IMG/VR virus record: IMGVR_UViG_3300020042_010077
Span: 1 to 29,700 of that record
Length of the DNA: 29,700 nt
Reading direction: 5' to 3' (one strand)
Source: a virus
Taxonomy: Duplodnaviria; Caudoviricetes
Shown here: piece by piece, positions 25,967-29,700 of the stretch
Position numbering within the stretch: position 1 is the stretch's first letter
Layout: every line of letters starts with the position of its first letter
The notes under the pieces: generated by a model
Seen by the model: only the letters and a program-made list of their open reading frames with translations
Told to the model about the DNA's origin: nothing
The model's database searches: none
Program-made: the position numbers and the translations under genes

Positions 25967-26866
25967 TTATACTACTGTTATTATCACTATTCCATCTCCA
26001 CCGTGTCCACCTGTTCCACCAGTTATACCAGAACCACCACCAGCTCCACCAGAACCAAATCCAGCAGAACCACCATTACCACCAACTCCTAATCCAAATG
26101 CACCACCACCAGAACCACCAGTTGAAATTGGTGGTTTACCAAGTAAACTAATACCACCACCACCAGCACCACCACCAGCAGCACCACCAGCTATTTGTTG
26201 AAAATATGGTGGTGTAGATGGAGCAATTGCACCACCAGCAGCATTAGCATTACTAGTATTAGTTCCACCACCACCAGCACCACTTGAAATAAATAAAGTT
26301 CCCCAACTTGTAGAACCACCAACTGCACCAGCCGCACCACCAGCAGAACCAACTTGACCAGCAATACTTACCCAAGTACCAAGACCACCAAATGTTGGAC
26401 TTACAAACGCTGTACTTGCTGTACCACCAGAACCAACAGCTACTATCGTACCAAGACCACCACCTTTAGCATATGCATTACCAGATTGAATTAAAACAGT
26501 ACCACCATATTGTTGTTCCATAATATTAGGAATAGCAACATATGATGGGACTCCATCTTCACCAACACCAGAATTAATTGATATATCACCACCAGCTCCA
26601 CCAGTACCTACATATACACTAAGATAATCTGGACAAAAAGCACCATCAAGTGTCATTCTTGTGATTGCAGATGAACCACCGCCTCCACCGCCACCACCGT
26701 TATTACCAGAAGCACGTGCTGCACCAGCACCACCACCAGCACCACCACCAATACAAATAATATGTATCAGTTTAGCACCAGCTGGTTTATTCCAACGTTT
26801 GAATGGTGCGTTAATATCATCAGCGTAAAATACTGTTGTACAACTATTATCTGGTAAATTATTCAT
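25967..26866 (-). CDS. Glycine-rich virion protein, paralog 2
   Basis: W.KPAGAKLIHI.CIGGG.GGG ... GGDG..IITVV architecture. Confidence 0.8.
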   Translation of the reverse strand: MNNLPDNSCTTVFYADDINAPFKRWNKPAGAKLIHIICIGGGAGGGAGAARASGNNGGGGGGGGSSAITRMTLDGAFCPDYLSVYVGTGGAGGDISINSGVGEDGVPSYVAIPNIMEQQYGGTVLIQSGNAYAKGGGLGTIVAVGSGGTASTAFVSPTFGGLGTWVSIAGQVGSAGGAAGAVGGSTSWGTLFISSGAGGGGTNTSNANAAGGAIAPSTPPYFQQIAGGAAGGGAGGGGISLLGKPPISTGGSGGGAFGLGVGGNGGSAGFGSGGAGGGSGITGGTGGHGGDGIVIITVV

Positions 26867-26876
26867 TTATATTTCT

Positions 26877-27770
26877 TTATACTACAGTTATTATTATCAA
26901 TCCATCACCACCACGGCCACCACGACCACCAGTTATACCAGAAGCTCCACCGCCTCCACCAGAACCAAAACCACCGTTACCACCAGCTCCACCTACACCA
27001 TTACTATTTGAACCGCCACCAGCACCGCCAGACGATATTAATATATTATCAGTAAATTCAACACCAGAGTTACCTGTACCACCACTAATAGCACCACCAG
27101 TTATTGTTTGGAAATATGGATTTGCTGATTGAGTTATATTCGCACCAGCTACTTGTGTATTACCAGTATTAATACCACCACCACCAGCACCACCAGATAT
27201 AAAAAGTGTTCCCCAAGGAACCGCTACTGGTGCAGTTGTTGAAAATCCACCAAGTGTACCAGCTTGACCAGCAATTGATGTATACACACCTAATGATGAA
27301 TATGTTGTAGCTACATTAATAGCTCCAGCAATACCAGCTACACCACCAACAGCACCTGTACCAGCACCACCACCACCACCACCAGTAGTAGTTGCTAATA
27401 TTGAACCACCAGTACTCCAACCACCAACTAAAGGTATTGTAACAGTAGATGAAGTACCAGCTGTACCAGCTACACCAGAACCTGTTGAACCAACTCCACC
27501 AGTACCAACAGATAGATGTAAAAAATCTGGACATAACGAAGCATCAACAGTCATTCTTGTTATTGCACCAGAACCACCACCAGCTCCAGCTCCACCAGTA
27601 AGATTTATTGCACGTGTGAAACCACCGCCTCCACCGCCACCACCACCAATACAAACAATATGTATTAGTTTAGCACCAGCTGGTTTTCTCCAAATTTGCC
27701 AAGTTCCACCATTAGGTCTAAATACTTGTGTTGCAACTTCATTATTTGGTAAATTAAATCCGTTATACAT
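26877..27770 (-). CDS. Glycine-rich virion protein, paralog 1
   Basis: Same architecture and several identical blocks with 25967-26866. Confidence 0.8.
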   Translation of the reverse strand: MYNGFNLPNNEVATQVFRPNGGTWQIWRKPAGAKLIHIVCIGGGGGGGGGFTRAINLTGGAGAGGGSGAITRMTVDASLCPDFLHLSVGTGGVGSTGSGVAGTAGTSSTVTIPLVGGWSTGGSILATTTGGGGGGAGTGAVGGVAGIAGAINVATTYSSLGVYTSIAGQAGTLGGFSTTAPVAVPWGTLFISGGAGGGGINTGNTQVAGANITQSANPYFQTITGGAISGGTGNSGVEFTDNILISSGGAGGGSNSNGVGGAGGNGGFGSGGGGGASGITGGRGGRGGDGLIIITVV

Positions 27771-27775
27771 ATTTA

Positions 27776-28189
27776 TTAATAATTACCACCAATAACTGAT
27801 ACATAATAACCAGCAGCTACTGTTGTTCCAAGTGTTATGTTTATTTTATATCCAGCTGGAAGTGCAAAGTTTAATGGAAGCACATAATTCGCTGTTGCTG
27901 CTACTTCAGATAGTGTTGTTGCTGCAAGTGTAATTTCATTATATAATACATTATTCGCAGCTACCGCATTTGAGTCACCATTATTAATGAAAACTCTAGC
28001 AACACTTGCTATGTTAGTACCAGCTGCTCTAAATGAAATTGATGTAACATAACTACCATCAGTTGATGCTGTAAAAACTGTTAATACAGTTCCTGTTCCA
28101 TCTTTTGCTGTGTTAGCTGTTGCAATTGTTGTTCCACCCCAACCGATGTTAGGCGTGTTTGTGAATATTGGTTGTTTATTTGTAGGCAT
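27776..28189 (-). CDS. Small beta-sandwich virion/fibre-associated protein
   Basis: 137 aa, T/A/G-rich, ANTAKDGTG...ARVFINNG...LPAGYKI...GGNY; sits between the fibre and glycine-rich genes. Confidence 0.7.
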   Translation of the reverse strand: MPTNKQPIFTNTPNIGWGGTTIATANTAKDGTGTVLTVFTASTDGSYVTSISFRAAGTNIASVARVFINNGDSNAVAANNVLYNEITLAATTLSEVAATANYVLPLNFALPAGYKINITLGTTVAAGYYVSVIGGNY

Positions 28190-28201
28190 AGTGTTTTTAT
28201 T

Positions 28202-28229
28202 TTAAATTATTTTATTTTAGTATTTGTAA
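28202..28229 (-). promoter_or_regulatory. Putative late promoter TTAC-N16-TAATTTAA
   Basis: Variant motif match. Confidence 0.5.
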
Positions 28230-29700
28230 AGACCATTACTCAAAGTCCAATTTATTCCAAGTTGTAATAATACTGCATCATTTATGATAGTTTGTAAATC
28301 AGTACCACCAGAATATATAATTCCTGTTGAAGAAATTGTATTAGCACTTACGGTATTACCACTTATATCACCATTACTCGTAATATAAGCCGTAGTAGTA
28401 CTTGCACTATTTTGTATTTCTAATTGATTACTATTGAATATACCTGTACCGTCTTTAATGGTTATACCACCAAGACTTGAATTAGTAAGAATTTCTGGTT
28501 CAGTTGAATTGTTATACGCTTGTTGAAGTGTAGTTACACTTATACCAGCAGCACCACCAATATTTTCACCAATCTTACTAACTTGAATAAACTTAGCATC
28601 ATTTGTATCATTTAAAGCTGTTGCTCCTTTTCTTACTGATAAGATACCAATAAGCATAGCACTATCAGCTAAATTTTGGAATACAGTAAATGTTTCGCTT
28701 TGAACACCTTGTACCGCATTACTAAGACTTGTATATGTTGTTTGACCATATTGAATTACTAAGTTTCCATTAGGAAATAAATATACACGTTGATTTGTTG
28801 ATACATTTGCTCCTCCAGCTACTGTAGTAATAACCCCATTAACATCATATTTAGTTCCATCAATAAGAGTTACTGTACTAGTTGTTCCACCTGTTTGAGT
28901 TCTATATCTGAATGAAGCAGCTGTTCGACCACTAACAAAAACCTTATTAGCGTTACGTATATCATTCTCTTCATTTAAACCATTACCAAATAAATAACCA
29001 CCAGTCTTATTGATATTAAGATTTGCTCCATTTGATGTGATAGCATTTCCATCATTAATAAGTCTAAATTCATTAATAATATCTCTACTTGTTTCAATAG
29101 GACTATCATAAAATGTAGCATAATGGTTAACTGATTTTACAGTTGTTTTATCTGCGTGACCTAATTGAGCTAATAAGATTGTATCTCTTCTTTGAGCATT
29201 TGTTGGAATACTTGCAAATTGAACTATATTTCCACTAGTATTAATACCAATATAAGATTGAGTACTTGTTAATAAGTTAGTTACAGCTACACCAGTTTGT
29301 GCTGGCCAAGTAATATTAATTCTATTAGGGTATCCAGGATTTGTCCAATAATCAACAATAATACCAGAACCACCATCAACATTAATTAATGTTGGATTAG
29401 CGTTGATTGTTACATTTGTTCCATCATCAAAGAAACCTTGAGATATTGGTAAGTTATTATACGTTGTTGCTGAGAATGTATTCGCAGTTAATCCACCTAA
29501 AAAGTTTGTCGCACCAGTTACTGTACCACCTGTAAATGAACCACCAGTTGCTGTTGAACCTGTAACAACATTACCACTAGCATCAATTGCAAGACCAGCA
29601 ACAGCTGTATTACCTGTGAAGTTCTTTATGTTTAAGTATGGTACATAAACTGTATTACTTGTTGTTGCACTTAAACCATCACCACCAAGTACAACACTAT
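28217..29700 (-). CDS. Large fibre protein, 5'-partial (the track reports only the last 146 aa)
   Basis: Frame checked open from 29698 to the stop at 28217 (493 aa): SVVLGGDGLSATTSNTVYVPYLNI...GGSFTGGTVTGATNFLGGLTANTFSATTY... Confidence 0.88.
   Translation of the reverse strand, partial: SVVLGGDGLSATTSNTVYVPYLNIKNFTGNTAVAGLAIDASGNVVTGSTATGGSFTGGTVTGATNFLGGLTANTFSATTYNNLPISQGFFDDGTNVTINANPTLINVDGGSGIIVDYWTNPGYPNRINITWPAQTGVAVTNLLTSTQSYIGINTSGNIVQFASIPTNAQRRDTILLAQLGHADKTTVKSVNHYATFYDSPIETSRDIINEFRLINDGNAITSNGANLNINKTGGYLFGNGLNEENDIRNANKVFVSGRTAASFRYRTQTGGTTSTVTLIDGTKYDVNGVITTVAGGANVSTNQRVYLFPNGNLVIQYGQTTYTSLSNAVQGVQSETFTVFQNLADSAMLIGILSVRKGATALNDTNDAKFIQVSKIGENIGGAAGISVTTLQQAYNNSTEPEILTNSSLGGITIKDGTGIFNSNQLEIQNSASTTTAYITSNGDISGNTVSANTISSTGIIYSGGTDLQTIINDAVLLQLGINWTLSNGLYKY

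Noticed and set aside
239-27534. Shadow ORFs from the track (239, 1939, 2543, 8968, 10306, 11167, 11427, 12146, 13828, 15282, 17161, 18076, 18427, 21040, 21807, 24810, 25932, 26836, 27316)
   Set aside because: All lie antisense or out of frame within better-supported genes; their odd Pro-, Ser- or Trp-rich compositions mirror biased codons of the real CDS.
25967-27770. Diversity-generating retroelement template/variable repeat pair
   Set aside because: No reverse transcriptase; differences are not adenine-specific; both copies are full genes.
1-29700. Stop-codon reassignment
   Set aside because: Genes tile densely under the standard code; the apparent gaps at the ends are ORFs truncated by the window.

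Overview
AT-rich genome of a small tailed (siphovirus-like) phage, almost certainly from a Bacteroidota host, since it has two perfect TTTG-N20-TAnnTTTG promoters and no obvious Shine-Dalgarno sites. The window probably holds nearly the whole of a ~30 kb circular or permuted genome: the open frames running off both ends look like two halves of one large fibre gene. The minus strand carries three sigma-factor-like genes, a PD-(D/E)xK-like nuclease, terS/terL, tail and fibre genes, a tape measure, a GIY-YIG homing endonuclease, prohead protease, capsid, tail tube, portal, adaptor, holin and an initiator tRNA-Met. The plus strand carries one stand-alone gene (6044-6514) and an HTH replication-initiator-like operon next to an ~800 bp non-coding region. 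That region contains iterons, an AT-rich tract, a repeated AGTTGAGAT box and an array of GNA/GNNA DNA mini-hairpins. Three promoter classes can be read from the sequence. I recognise no DNA polymerase, helicase, primase, integrase or endolysin. The leading hypothesis, which is inference, is a plasmid-like or satellite phage whose lytic cascade may be switched on from outside. All product calls come from motif reading and gene context, not database searches.
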